Assembly: GCA_965224705.1 (NCBI GenBank)
Contig: OZ245056.1
Coordinates: 1,824,001 to 1,888,000, forward strand
Direction of reading: 5' to 3'
DNA: 64,000 nucleotides
Source of the DNA: Spirochaetaceae bacterium
Lineage (GTDB): Bacteria; Spirochaetota; Spirochaetia; DSM-2461
In this document: positions 48,338 through 58,629 of the stretch, piece after piece
How the letters are laid out: each line of letters starts with the position of its first letter
Numbering within the stretch: position 1 is the stretch's first letter
Position numbers and translations under genes: made by a program
Notes under the pieces: model-generated
What the model was told of the DNA's origin: nothing
The model's database searches: none
Seen by the model: only the letters and a program-made list of their open reading frames with translations

Positions 48338-50329
48338 TCAGGAATGACTTGAAGAACTTCCTGATACGGCCTCTTCGATTGAAAAAATAAGACGTGCATA
48401 CGTATCCCATCCATCGGCCTTTTTATACGTATCCTCACTGGCGGCTGGCACCTTGATCTTCAGTTGCGGCGAACAATCAGCGAATACATCAATCCCAGCT
48501 TCTGGTGGGTTTGTGCTTTTTATGGTGATTTCCGTTAAGCTGGTGCAGTCTTTGAATGCATAATTCCCAATGGATTTGAGTCCATTAGGCAGGCTGGTAA
48601 GAGCCAGATTTTCGCATCCATTGAATGCATAATCCCCAATGGATGTGAGTCCAGCAGGCAGGCTTTCAAGAGCCAGACTGGTACATCCATTGAATGCCCC
48701 TTTCTTAATGGATGAGATTCCATCAGGCAGGCTGGTAAGGGCCAGACTGGTACAGCCTTTGAATGCCCGTTCCTCAATGGATGTGAGTCCAGCAGGGAGG
48801 CTGGTAAGAGCCAGACTGGTACATCCATTGAATGCATCGTCCCCAATGGATGTGAGTTCAGCAGGCAGGCTGGTAAGAGCCAGATTGGTACATCCATTGA
48901 ATGCATCGTCCCCAATGGATGTGAGTTCAGCAGGCAGGCTGGTAAGAGCCAGATTGGTACATCCATCGAATGCATTTGCCCCAATGGATGTGATTCCGTC
49001 AGGGAGATGAATGTCTACCAGGCTTGAGAAGCCTTGAAATGTCCCGGGACTTATAGCTGTAACTCTCTTACCTTCATAGTATTCCGGAATTCCAATTACA
49101 AGTTTTCCGCTGGGGATTCTAGTACCGGAAACACTGTACTCCGTGTCATCCTTAATCAGAGTGTAGTCCAGATCATTGTGAGGTGTTATTATCCTGAAAT
49201 GGTTCGAAAGACGTCCTTCCCCGGCGGCATTAACAGCGCTAACTGCAAAATAGTTCTTATCGTTACCATTGGTAACTTTAACAGTCCACTCTATTGGACC
49301 TGTTGTTGAACCTACTGCCGGATAAAATGGTAGAACTTCCATGGTTGTTTCAGCGTCGCCGGGTTGGGGCGAGCCGGTTACGTGTGTGTAGTAGAGCCGG
49401 TACTCCGTGATGATTCCAGAAACGCCTGATCTGTCCACCCCTGTCATTTCAGGAGGATAGAACCTTATGGTTACTTCTCCAATTCCTGTTCCTGTTGTAG
49501 ATCCCGGGACTCCAGAGGGGTTCAATGGCTTGCCTGGGGTCTGGTCCGAAGCCAGGGTAGCAACGCTGACCTCATAATCCTTCGTACTCCCATCCTCTGC
49601 GGTTACCGTGTACGCAACGGGGCTGGAAAAATCATTGGATGTAGTTCCACTTTCCTGTGGAGTAGTGTTGACCGTGATTGATGCCCTGTTGCTGCTGGTA
49701 AAACTGGCAATGAAAGAAGTCGGTTTGAATGCATCTTCGCTGACTTGAAGGTGGATAGTTCCATCTGAGTCATCGATGATTCCCAGGGCATCAGCTATTG
49801 TAAGTTGGGAATTGAGTGCTGCTGTAAAAGAAAAGGATGTGATGCTTTTTTTTGATGAAAGTAAGGGCCCGTTTACCGTGAAAGATCGGGTAATCAAGCG
49901 GTTTGTTCTTTCATCTGAAGCGTCAGATTTAAGCACTTCCGGACGTATGGTTACCGTTACCGTTAGCGTATCGCCAGTATCAACTCCTGACAGATCCTGG
50001 GCGATACTGTCCTGGGAGATACTGAGTGTGACGGTGTTGCCTTTGATTTGTCTCTCTATAATATCAATATCATCATCATCGGTTGGATACTTTACACCCT
50101 CTATATCAATGGTTGCAGGAGCAGCCGTACCGCTGTCCGCCGGAATCACCGGAATCACATTTTCTTTGAACACCATCGTAAACTGAACACCATCGGCATT
50201 GATATGCTCCGTTAATGAGTCCAATTCCAGATATGAGTTGAATTTAACAGTCATTTCAAAAGCCGGGCATGATATCAACAACAAACTGACTGCGATCGAA
50301 ATCAATTGTGTTTTCAACACGTTTTTCAT
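48338..50329 (-). CDS. BspA-type leucine-rich-repeat surface lipoprotein with Ig/FN3-like domains
   Basis: Lipobox LISC, DFSSPVAYTVTAEDGS Ig-like module, FN3-like VSAVNAAGEG, 23-aa LRRs, and cap VPAAS...YK.A.GW. Confidence 0.88.
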   Translation of the reverse strand: MKNVLKTQLISIAVSLLLISCPAFEMTVKFNSYLELDSLTEHINADGVQFTMVFKENVIPVIPADSGTAAPATIDIEGVKYPTDDDDIDIIERQIKGNTVTLSISQDSIAQDLSGVDTGDTLTVTVTIRPEVLKSDASDERTNRLITRSFTVNGPLLSSKKSITSFSFTAALNSQLTIADALGIIDDSDGTIHLQVSEDAFKPTSFIASFTSSNRASITVNTTPQESGTTSNDFSSPVAYTVTAEDGSTKDYEVSVATLASDQTPGKPLNPSGVPGSTTGTGIGEVTIRFYPPEMTGVDRSGVSGIITEYRLYYTHVTGSPQPGDAETTMEVLPFYPAVGSTTGPIEWTVKVTNGNDKNYFAVSAVNAAGEGRLSNHFRIITPHNDLDYTLIKDDTEYSVSGTRIPSGKLVIGIPEYYEGKRVTAISPGTFQGFSSLVDIHLPDGITSIGANAFDGCTNLALTSLPAELTSIGDDAFNGCTNLALTSLPAELTSIGDDAFNGCTSLALTSLPAGLTSIEERAFKGCTSLALTSLPDGISSIKKGAFNGCTSLALESLPAGLTSIGDYAFNGCENLALTSLPNGLKSIGNYAFKDCTSLTEITIKSTNPPEAGIDVFADCSPQLKIKVPAASEDTYKKADGWDTYARLIFSIEEAVSGSSSSHS
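48543..49006 (-). repeat. 69-bp tandem repeat, about 6.5 units, encoding LRRs
   Basis: Units 48829-48897 and 48898-48966 are identical; the others differ by a few bases. Confidence 0.95.
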
Positions 50330-50442
50330 GAAGGATCCCCTGGATTTCAATTGAAGAGACGCAACTGAGTCATCTTCTATAATACAATGATACTACTGAA
50401 TTCTCGATTCGTCCATTCTCGAAGATATGATTTTTTAGTTCA

Positions 50443-51066
50443 TCAGTTCCTGCTGGTGAATCCCCAGACTATCCATGGCATCAATGCAGCAGAAACAGCC
50501 CATCCCAAACCCTTAAATGTATTGTTCTTTCTTTCCTGAACATCGCTGATGGAATCATGCTCGCCGAAGTGGAATGTATTCAGAAGTACCCTGTCCAGAG
50601 AGGAAAAAAAATCTTTGAGAGATATTTGATTTCTCCCCTCAGTTATAAGGTCAAAATAATAAAATGTCCGCCCAAGTATTCCGCCTAATTGACCTGGTAT
50701 TTCCAGCTCCGGGCGAATGGCTGCTATGGAAAGAAACACGATACCCACCAATCCTGTTCCCCGGATCAGCCCATTGCGCAGTCCTCCATCTGTCACGGCA
50801 AAAGGTCCAATTTCGATTAAGACTTTCCCTGTGGGCGTTAGAAGATGGAACCACACTATTGAGGCAGTGAAAATCAGAAAGTACAGCCACTGGATACGCT
50901 TTCCTGCGGCCAGAGCCAATACGGCAAAAAGGAAAACAAAAATTCCCCGCCACAGAATGCTGTCAATCATCAAAAAACCCGGAAGTGCCGCCATGGCGGC
51001 CAGAAACCTGGGTAATGGGTCAACAAAAATACCGATGCGGTCAGTTCTTCTTCCAGTCTTCTTCAC
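50443..51066 (-). CDS. Membrane protein, possibly ECF T-component-like
   Basis: Hydrophobic; P.GKVL..IG.F.VT.GGL..G pattern; in an operon with the Gx transporter. Confidence 0.55.
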   Translation of the reverse strand: MKKTGRRTDRIGIFVDPLPRFLAAMAALPGFLMIDSILWRGIFVFLFAVLALAAGKRIQWLYFLIFTASIVWFHLLTPTGKVLIEIGPFAVTDGGLRNGLIRGTGLVGIVFLSIAAIRPELEIPGQLGGILGRTFYYFDLITEGRNQISLKDFFSSLDRVLLNTFHFGEHDSISDVQERKNNTFKGLGWAVSAALMPWIVWGFTSRN

Positions 51067-51623
51067 ACGGACTCCCTGTAACGTTTTTCCAGTTTAACAA
51101 GCCAGGTAGAAGTTTGAGAAAACTTCATGGCGAAGATACCGGTCAGCACACCTGTGATCAAACCGGATCCCAGTGCCAGAGGAGCAATAACCAGTGCTGT
51201 TTGCCCGAATACAAAGAATACCGATAGAAGAAGTTGAACCATGGAACTGAACATGGCTCCCGTCAGTGAGATACCAACCAGACTCACTTTATCGGCTCCG
51301 AGGCGGCTGACCAGCCACATAGTACAGAGAGACACGGCTGAACCCGTAAGAGAAAACAGGAAAACATGGGAGGCCAGGGTTCCATTGATTAATCCCTGAC
51401 CAAGAACCTTCAAACCCAGCAGTATGATCAAGTCCTTTGGTGAGAGAAATCGTATTCCCAGAAGAAGGGGCAGGTTGGCCAGTCCCAGCCGAAAAAATGG
51501 AAGTGGTTTTGGAATCAGATATTCCAATGTAGACAAAAACAAACAAAATGCTCCAAGCAGAGCAATTATATCCTGCCGTGGAGTCAGTTTTCTAGAAGAC
51601 ACCGGCATCGACATCCAATTCAT
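51063..51623 (-). CDS. Gx transporter family protein (heptaprenyl diphosphate synthase component I-like)
   Basis: LEYLIPKPLPFFRLGLAN and SLVGISL.GA motifs. Confidence 0.88.
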   Translation of the reverse strand: MNWMSMPVSSRKLTPRQDIIALLGAFCLFLSTLEYLIPKPLPFFRLGLANLPLLLGIRFLSPKDLIILLGLKVLGQGLINGTLASHVFLFSLTGSAVSLCTMWLVSRLGADKVSLVGISLTGAMFSSMVQLLLSVFFVFGQTALVIAPLALGSGLITGVLTGIFAMKFSQTSTWLVKLEKRYRESV

Positions 51624-51969
51624 TCTGTGCCCCCCGGGATACTATCCTGAGAAATACTTTGTTTGGCAGGCAGGCAATCCATCCCGGCTGTTGGGATATC
51701 TGCCCCATGGATAGACAGATTTTGTCCCGACAGTCTGAATACATGACTCCCGCGGCTCCATCTTCCACCCTTATGACAGTTTTTCCTGCCGGGCCATAGA
51801 CGGTTATCTCCTCTTCTTCTGAGAGGAGCAGATAATAATGACCATCGGAGGTTTCAATGGAAACATAGCGGACTCCATCGCTGTTTCTTGATATAAAAAA
51901 GAATGAGGCTGATGTCAGGACGAGAAAAATTGCAATAAGAACCAGATCCAGCGGACGAATAGAAATCAT
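51592..51969 (-). CDS. NusG domain II-containing protein
   Basis: N-terminal TM, GP.G.T.I and SDCRDKICL.MG.I......IACLPNKV. Confidence 0.9.
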   Translation of the reverse strand: MISIRPLDLVLIAIFLVLTSASFFFISRNSDGVRYVSIETSDGHYYLLLSEEEEITVYGPAGKTVIRVEDGAAGVMYSDCRDKICLSMGQISQQPGWIACLPNKVFLRIVSRGAQNELDVDAGVF

Positions 51970-52194
51970 ATCAGAGAAATCATACACTGTTTGGACAATC
52001 GTGTTTACAACCCGAAATCAAGACTGTGATCTATGGTCATTTGAGTCCTTCCCATCAAAGTGCTTCCCCTCTTTATCACGAACAATGAATGGTACATTCA
52101 CCCTTTACTCATTCTTGAAGCGAATTCAATTTGACGAAACGGAAATCTCTTTATATAATTAGGTTTTGAGCAACAATACCCAGGAGGTAGATTC

Positions 52195-52719
52195 ATGAAA
52201 AAGATAGTGACAGCAGCTTTGCTTTGTATTGCTGTTGCCGGACCTGGATTCGCAGGTGGTCTGGATTTCCATATTGGTGCTGGTTGGCATTCTTCATTTT
52301 TTGGTGATGTAGAAGAAGTGTCCGGTTTTGGTCCTGCTGTTGCCAAAGCAAAAGTTATGCCCCTTGGTGTTGGCGGCTATGCCGGCATTGGATTTGGCGG
52401 TCTTTTTAATCTTGGGTTAGAGCTTGCTCCGAGTTGGGATTTTAATCTGGCTGGCTACAAAATGTCCAATTTCGCCCTTCAAGGCCGTCTTTACTTCAAA
52501 TTCAAATTCATTGAGTTATTTACGGCGACAGCCTTTGCAGGCTACACACTTAATTTTGCCGGCAGCCCTGAGAATCCAGCTTCTCTTGTTGGAACTCCAG
52601 TTGTAGGAGCCAGGGTAACAGTATTCATATTTTACGCTGAATACGCATTGAATTTTACTCCCAGCTTTGATGGGATTGCCAGGAATGAAGTTGGTTTAGG
52701 TGTTGCCTTTTTCAGATAG
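52195..52719 (+). CDS. Small outer-membrane beta-barrel protein
   Basis: SD AGGAGG, signal peptide, Gly/aromatic-rich amphipathic strands, C-terminal GLGVAFFR. Confidence 0.6.
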   Translation: MKKIVTAALLCIAVAGPGFAGGLDFHIGAGWHSSFFGDVEEVSGFGPAVAKAKVMPLGVGGYAGIGFGGLFNLGLELAPSWDFNLAGYKMSNFALQGRLYFKFKFIELFTATAFAGYTLNFAGSPENPASLVGTPVVGARVTVFIFYAEYALNFTPSFDGIARNEVGLGVAFFR

Positions 52720-52877
52720 AACCTCCGGTTCGCTTCAGGATTGTATCGCCAGGATTGTACAAATGATGAAAGCTGAATTGCTGCTCTACTGATGCTTCAA
52801 ACTTCTGCAGATGTATAGTTAATAGTTTTCAAACAGACTTTCTGAATTCGGGAGTATGTATTGAATTCAAAAACAGA

Positions 52878-52947
52878 TTCAGAAAACTGACGAAGAGATT
52901 TTTGCCTGCCTGAATGCGGTGTACAGCGGACAAAAGGCAAAAATCGA
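52878..52947 (+). repeat. Degenerate relative of the palindromic element
   Basis: TTCAGAAAACTGACGAAGAGATTTTTGCCTGCCTG is shared with 56147-56180; stem GATTTTTGCCT/AGGCAAAAATC as in the 62.7-kb copy. Confidence 0.55.
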
Positions 52948-53122
52948 ATCAAGAACTAAATGAGGGGAGGTTGGAGATCCCAATAGTATTAAATGAAGGG
53001 TTGAATGATATAATGCATGCGAATAGTACGGCTCCGTTGATTACATACGATTTGAAACACTACTGGGGAAACGTTCGGCCCCCTGTCTATCATGACTGAT
53101 AACTCTGATTCCCGGAGGACTT

Positions 53123-54724
53123 ATGGATCCTGAATTACAGCGTTTACTGGGAGATTTAGAGCCAGAGAGTGATACTCCGGGTTATTCTGAGATTTTCGGT
53201 GAAAAAGAACCGGTAGAGAGTGCAGAAACCGGCACGGTCGGTGGAGAGCTGACAAAGGACTGTTTTCCCCCGATAGGGAAATTGGAACAGGAACCTGATC
53301 CGGTTTTTTTAGAAGTTGACCATTACTCAAAAGCACTGACGGGTGTTGGTGATGCGTCCAACCGCCTTCATACAGCTCTTCAAAATTTCCTCAAGGAAAC
53401 TGATCTTCAGAAAAAGGGAAAGTTTCGCAAGGCCCTGATTGATTCTTACTGGGAATGGTTCTCACAACTGGCTGCTGTCTACAAGAAAAACCGGAATCAA
53501 CATCAGAAATGGGTAATTCGATACGGCTATCTTCTGCCGACACTGTTAACCGCCGAACAACGGTCAATGCTGGCAAAAGTCATCGAAAAAAATGAATATG
53601 ATGAACCTGTGCATTATCTGGATGAATGGATTGAACTCGTTTCATCCAGACTTGTGAATCCGTTGCTGACCGATGAAAGCCTCAGCTCAAAAAGATCATC
53701 CTACTCCATAACACAATCAAGAATAGAACAAACACGGGGAACAAAAGAAGCTTCCATAGCCATACTCCAGACCCTGTCTGTCAAACGTAATGAACTGGAA
53801 GCACAATTAAACAGTTGTGTGGAAATGCTTTTAATACCAAGTCCTCATCCCGGTATTCCCGGGCTGAATTCCCCTTACTCTTCAGAACAGCAAAGTGCTC
53901 TGACCCGGGGCACAAATACTCTCAGGGAATTAAATTCATTGAATCAGGATATTGCAATAAAAATTGCAAAGATTACAGAGTATGATAATCAAATTGAGAA
54001 GTTCAGCTCCCATCTTGATGACACGGATGAAGTGGTGGATCCCAATCTCATCACGAACGAGATAGCCAGTATACGGCAGATGATCAAGCTATGCGTAGGC
54101 CGCCAGGGAAACCATTTCCCATTTCTTATGAAATCCTTCCTGAGTTCCAGTATTTCATTAATCGCAACCCGTGAAAATGTGATACTGAAAATGGACGAAA
54201 TAGAAAAAATTGATCAGGGTGTTTTCCAGCGGACATTTAAACGAAAAACATTGAGAATCGTTCCACATACTATTATTGTGCCGTGCTATGGTAACCAGGG
54301 TCTTTGCTGGGAAGCCTTTGAAATCTACAATCGGGCAACAAGCAGGGGACGAATTGCAATCCCGATGTATCCAAAAGATCTCAGACTGGCTGTTATATAT
54401 GCTCTGGGAGACCTCCGGTGGAATGTAGCCAAGGAGAGAGCCGCCCAGTACTGGATGACAGAAGGTCTGACCGGTGAGTATTATCAGTACTTCTATGAAT
54501 CCGGGGGTAAGGGTGATGTAAAACTGCAGTTCATTGAAGACTATGTTCTCTGGATTACGAAAGAAGTCAATGGTGTGCAGAAACTTGCAAAGGAAACACG
54601 GGGCATCTTATGGAGATACATCCCATTCAAAGAGGAAGTCAGAGAGATTCTTCGGAAACGGGGTTATGTCTATGAGACTCTGTACAAAAAAGATATTAAC
54701 AGAAGCATATCGGATGGGTATTGA
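53123..54724 (+). CDS. Conserved hypothetical protein (spirochaete-type, coiled-coil middle)
   Basis: 533-aa ORF with SD GGAGG; RQMIKLCVGRQGNHFP and NRATSRGRIAIPMYPK blocks. Confidence 0.7.
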   Translation: MDPELQRLLGDLEPESDTPGYSEIFGEKEPVESAETGTVGGELTKDCFPPIGKLEQEPDPVFLEVDHYSKALTGVGDASNRLHTALQNFLKETDLQKKGKFRKALIDSYWEWFSQLAAVYKKNRNQHQKWVIRYGYLLPTLLTAEQRSMLAKVIEKNEYDEPVHYLDEWIELVSSRLVNPLLTDESLSSKRSSYSITQSRIEQTRGTKEASIAILQTLSVKRNELEAQLNSCVEMLLIPSPHPGIPGLNSPYSSEQQSALTRGTNTLRELNSLNQDIAIKIAKITEYDNQIEKFSSHLDDTDEVVDPNLITNEIASIRQMIKLCVGRQGNHFPFLMKSFLSSSISLIATRENVILKMDEIEKIDQGVFQRTFKRKTLRIVPHTIIVPCYGNQGLCWEAFEIYNRATSRGRIAIPMYPKDLRLAVIYALGDLRWNVAKERAAQYWMTEGLTGEYYQYFYESGGKGDVKLQFIEDYVLWITKEVNGVQKLAKETRGILWRYIPFKEEVREILRKRGYVYETLYKKDINRSISDGY

Positions 54725-54745
54725 TTCTCATCGGATCAATAATCC

Positions 54746-55912
54746 TTACTTCTCAGCGAGTGCATAAATTGCAATAACATCTTTCTCTGTAAGTTTTTGA
54801 AGTCCGCCGAGAGACCCAAACCGCATGGCTTTTTTCGCCATGAGTTCATAGCGGTTATCGGTTATTCCCAATTCATGCAGCCGGGTGGGCATACCGATAG
54901 ACTTATAGAATGCTTCCTGACGGCGTATGCCTTCCAGGGCCGCTTCTTCTTCTTCGCCGGCTGTGTAGTCAATATTCCAGATCCGAACAGCAAATTGGAC
55001 GAATCGCTGAATATTCGTCTTCATCACATACTTCATCCATGCGGGAAAAACTACGGCGAGTCCTGCTCCATGGGTTACTCCGTATTGGGCTGAAAGCTCA
55101 TGCTCAATATTGTGGCTTGCCCAGTCATCAAGCCGTCCCTTTCCGATAAGATCTGTATGAGCCAGTGTTCCCGCCCACATGATTTCTGCCCGGTAGTTGT
55201 AGTCGGAAGGTTTCGCCAGTACCAGGGGAGCATTCTTTATAACACTCCGTATCACGGCCTCGCAGAGTCTGTCAGACAGGTCAACATGGGGAGTATTTGT
55301 GAAATACCTTTCCATCACATGAGTAATCATGTCCACTATACCGGCAGCCGTTTGATAGGGCGGCAGGGTGCAGGTAAGCTCCGGGTTCAGGAGCGAAAAG
55401 ACAGGACGCAGCGTTTCTGAAGCACAGTAAAATTTCGATTGTGTTGATTCTTCTGTAACAACGGAGCTGTTGCTGCCTTCGCTTCCTGCTGCCGGCAGAG
55501 TAAGAATGACACCAAGAGGCAGGGATTTCTCGATCACTGCCCTGCTTGTATAGAAATCCCATACATCCCCATCGTAAGGAACTCCCGCCGCAATGCCCTT
55601 GGCTGAGTCGATCACACTGCCTCCACCAATGGCCAGTATTCCGCTTACTTCCTCGGTACGGCAAAGGTCAATCCCCTTCCGTACAGTTTCCAATGAAGGA
55701 TTTGGAATAACTCCCCCAAGTTCTGTAAATCCTATCCCGGAGCGGCGAAGAATACTCGTCACTCTGGAATACAAACCGCTGTCTTTGATGCGGTTACTCC
55801 CATAATGCAGCAGGATTTTTGAACCAAGTCCGGGAGCATGATCCGCTAATGCCTCTTCAGCATTTCTGCCGAAGACGAATTGAGTAGGGCTGATAAAAGT
55901 GAAATCTAACAT
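54746..55912 (-). CDS. Iron-containing alcohol (butanol-type) dehydrogenase
   Basis: GGGSVIDSAK, TLPAAGSE, HVMERYF, WASHNIEHELSA and HGAGLA motifs. Confidence 0.93.
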   Translation of the reverse strand: MLDFTFISPTQFVFGRNAEEALADHAPGLGSKILLHYGSNRIKDSGLYSRVTSILRRSGIGFTELGGVIPNPSLETVRKGIDLCRTEEVSGILAIGGGSVIDSAKGIAAGVPYDGDVWDFYTSRAVIEKSLPLGVILTLPAAGSEGSNSSVVTEESTQSKFYCASETLRPVFSLLNPELTCTLPPYQTAAGIVDMITHVMERYFTNTPHVDLSDRLCEAVIRSVIKNAPLVLAKPSDYNYRAEIMWAGTLAHTDLIGKGRLDDWASHNIEHELSAQYGVTHGAGLAVVFPAWMKYVMKTNIQRFVQFAVRIWNIDYTAGEEEEAALEGIRRQEAFYKSIGMPTRLHELGITDNRYELMAKKAMRFGSLGGLQKLTEKDVIAIYALAEK

Positions 55913-56146
55913 GAGAACTCCTTAATCCATAATACTTCAACAAACCTGAGGCATTCAAGATGCCAGGAGTTTTGTAATGATCCGGCTTCTTCTTCCTGAA
56001 CTATGCATATTCTATCTATTTCCCCTGATTATATCTGTGAAATCATCATTCTGCCTGCGGAAAAGTGATAAAAATATAAAATTCCCTGAGTTTCACTGGA
56101 CACTTTTATTCTCCTGTGATAAGAAGTAATTAAGGGGAAAAACATC

Positions 56147-56237
56147 TTCAGAGACTGGCGAAGAGATTTTTGCCTGTCTGCGTGCGGCAGGCAGAAGTGG
56201 TACACCGCTGGGCTATATGAGTATTTTACAACGCCAG
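56147..56237 (+). repeat. Degenerate relative of the palindromic element upstream of the transketolase-like gene
   Basis: GATTTTTGCCTG...GCTGGGCTATATGAGTATTTTACAACGC compared with element core GCTGGGCTACGTGAGTATTTTGGCAACGC. Confidence 0.6.
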
Positions 56238-56296
56238 TGATTTTTACAGGTGTCCTTAACATGGCGGTAAACAACCTCTGGAAAGAAGGAGAAAAG

Positions 56297-58618
56297 ATGG
56301 CAGTTAAACGATCGAAGGAACTGAACGGTCAGGATGTATTTCCAAAATGGGAAAAGATCAAAGATATGACGGATCAACTGATTGATTTGATGCTCAATGT
56401 TAGACAGAGCGGGCATCCCGGCGGCTCAAGATCCAAAATACATATGTTTGTTACGCTGTTCCTCAGTGGAGTCATGCGCTGGGATATCAGGAACCCTCAG
56501 AAGCGGTTCAGTGATAGATTTATTCTTTCAGCGGGTCATGTGGTACCGGGCATGTATGCATTACTCGCTGTTTTTAATGAATCCTTGAGAAGGAAATATA
56601 CCAGAACCGGTGATGCCCGATATAAACTGGATGCTGATGAACGGGTGTTGTTCTGGGAAGATTTACTCACGCTGCGCTATCGGAATGGGCTTCCCGGTCA
56701 TGCTGAAATGGCGGGTAAAACGAATATATTCAAGGCAAACACAGGTCCGTCAGGCCATGGGATGCCTGTAGCCGCAGGTGAAGCCATGGCATTGAAGTAT
56801 GCCGGTGCCGACGATGTGAAAGTCTTCGCTGTCGAAGGTGAGGGGGGGTTAACCCCGGGAATTACGCATGAGTCCTTGAATTCCGCATACGGTTTAGGAT
56901 TGGGAAATCTCTGCTTCCTGGTCGATTGGAACGATTATGGCATTGATGACAGACCCTACTCCTCCGTTGTATATGGAACTCCACAGGATTGGTTTGCCTC
57001 CCACGGCTGGCAAGTTTATGGGGGTGGTGATGGATCCGAATGGGCCAGTACACATAGGGCCTTTTCCGAACTCAATCAGTCTGACGACCGGAATACCCCG
57101 GCAGTGGCCTGGTTCAAAACCCGGAAGGGCAGGGGCTATGGGGTATATGACAATAAATCCCACGGAGCGGCACATCCATTTAACAATCAAACATTCTGGG
57201 CGACGAAGAAAGAGTTTACCGATAAATATGAAATCTCCTTTGAAGGGTATAATGAATCTGGCCCGGAGGACCTGGATGCCAGAATTGCCCAGGCAGAAAC
57301 CAACATGGAGAGAGTTCTTCAGGTTTTTGACCGGGATCCTGATCTTCTTGACTACCTGGCAGACAGGCTTGTGGAACTTGGCGACTCTGTACCCGAAGAT
57401 GAAGGCAATATCTGGGTAGACACTCGAAAAAACCCTCTGAAGGACTCAGTACTGACTGATATAAAAAAACTGCCGGATGATATTTTCGTCAGGCCGGGCG
57501 AAGTTGCCCCAAACCGGGCCGGTCTTTCCAAATACGCATCCTGGATTAACGCTTACACCGGGAAAAACTATGGCCGCCCACTGTATCTAGCCATGTCAGC
57601 AGACCTTGCGGATTCCACCAATATCTCCGGCTTTGGGAAACCTTACGGTGACTTCGATGGATACGGTTTCTACAACCGGGAGAAAAACCTCAAAGGCTGT
57701 ATGCTGCCCCAGGCCATCACTGAATTTGCCAATGCCGGGATATGTACAGGAATTGCTGCGACCAACTTTGCCGCTGATCCCGAATCAGAATTCAATGGAT
57801 TTCTGGCTGCATGTTCAACTTACGGATCGTTTTCCTATCTGAAGTATGGAGCATTCCGCATATTCAGCCAGATGGCCCAGGATGCTGAGGTGAAACTGGG
57901 AAAGGTACTCTGGGTCGCCGGACATTCCGGTCCTGAGACAGCGGAGGATTCCAGAACTCACTTCGGGATTTACTCTCCATCTGTGACACAGCTCTTTCCA
58001 AAAGGGAAAGTTATAAATCTCTATCCCTGGGAGCATAATGAAGTTGCTCCTATGCTGACAGCTGCCATGGCAGCTGATGTTCATATCATTGCCCTGCACC
58101 TTACAAGACCGGGTATTGCAATTCCTGATCGGAAAAAGCTTGGAATGGCTTCGCATCTGGATTCTGCAAAGGGTGCTTACCTCATCAGGGATTACAGGCC
58201 GGATCTTCCGAAGATGGGTACCATCTTTGTACAGGGAACAGTCAGTACAGCCAATGTTGTGGGCTTACTGGATGACCTGGACTCGAAGGAATTGAATGTC
58301 AAACTGGTAGCAGCGGTGAGTCCTGAACTCTTTCAACGGCAGTCTGATTCGTATAAGAAGTCCATCGCTGATGATGCGGACTGGATGAATTCAACTATTA
58401 TCAGCAGTTCTGCTGTCATTGCCATGCAGGATTGGCTGGGGAATCGTCTGTCCAGCGAATATGCCATCACGGCGGAGTGGGATAATAACTGGAGAACTGG
58501 AGGATCCCTGAATGAGGTGATGGAAGAAGCACATCTGTCCAGGGGCTGGCTGCTTAAAGGAATTGAACGATTTGCCCGAGATTATGATGCCCGGATAAAG
58601 CGGCTTGGAATCAAATAA
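56297..58618 (+). CDS. Transketolase-like ThDP enzyme (atypical)
   Basis: SGHPGGS, DRFILSAGH, LPGH, NTGPSGHG, SADLADS and HSGPETAEDSRTH; ThDP motif reads GEG...WN. Confidence 0.85.
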   Translation: MAVKRSKELNGQDVFPKWEKIKDMTDQLIDLMLNVRQSGHPGGSRSKIHMFVTLFLSGVMRWDIRNPQKRFSDRFILSAGHVVPGMYALLAVFNESLRRKYTRTGDARYKLDADERVLFWEDLLTLRYRNGLPGHAEMAGKTNIFKANTGPSGHGMPVAAGEAMALKYAGADDVKVFAVEGEGGLTPGITHESLNSAYGLGLGNLCFLVDWNDYGIDDRPYSSVVYGTPQDWFASHGWQVYGGGDGSEWASTHRAFSELNQSDDRNTPAVAWFKTRKGRGYGVYDNKSHGAAHPFNNQTFWATKKEFTDKYEISFEGYNESGPEDLDARIAQAETNMERVLQVFDRDPDLLDYLADRLVELGDSVPEDEGNIWVDTRKNPLKDSVLTDIKKLPDDIFVRPGEVAPNRAGLSKYASWINAYTGKNYGRPLYLAMSADLADSTNISGFGKPYGDFDGYGFYNREKNLKGCMLPQAITEFANAGICTGIAATNFAADPESEFNGFLAACSTYGSFSYLKYGAFRIFSQMAQDAEVKLGKVLWVAGHSGPETAEDSRTHFGIYSPSVTQLFPKGKVINLYPWEHNEVAPMLTAAMAADVHIIALHLTRPGIAIPDRKKLGMASHLDSAKGAYLIRDYRPDLPKMGTIFVQGTVSTANVVGLLDDLDSKELNVKLVAAVSPELFQRQSDSYKKSIADDADWMNSTIISSSAVIAMQDWLGNRLSSEYAITAEWDNNWRTGGSLNEVMEEAHLSRGWLLKGIERFARDYDARIKRLGIK

Positions 58619-58629
58619 AGGAGAGTAAA

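Noticed and set aside
48535..49010. Repetitive alternative-frame ORFs (48535-48984 minus, 48639-49010 plus) and a possible CRISPR or DGR
   Set aside because: These are shadows of the 69-bp LRR repeat; there are no unique spacers, cas genes or reverse transcriptase
52887..52950. Hammerhead ribozyme (CTGACGA, stem, GAA)
   Set aside because: Extra bases precede the stem, GAAT replaces GAAA, and stems I and III are not convincing; better explained as an eroded repeat
56152..56215. ZMP/ZTP (pfl) riboswitch suggested by GACTGGCGAA...GTGG...CTGGGC
   Set aside because: The P1/P2 architecture and the 3' CGCCTGGGC hairpin are not properly formed, and the sequence matches the palindromic repeat family. 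An Rfam scan would settle it.
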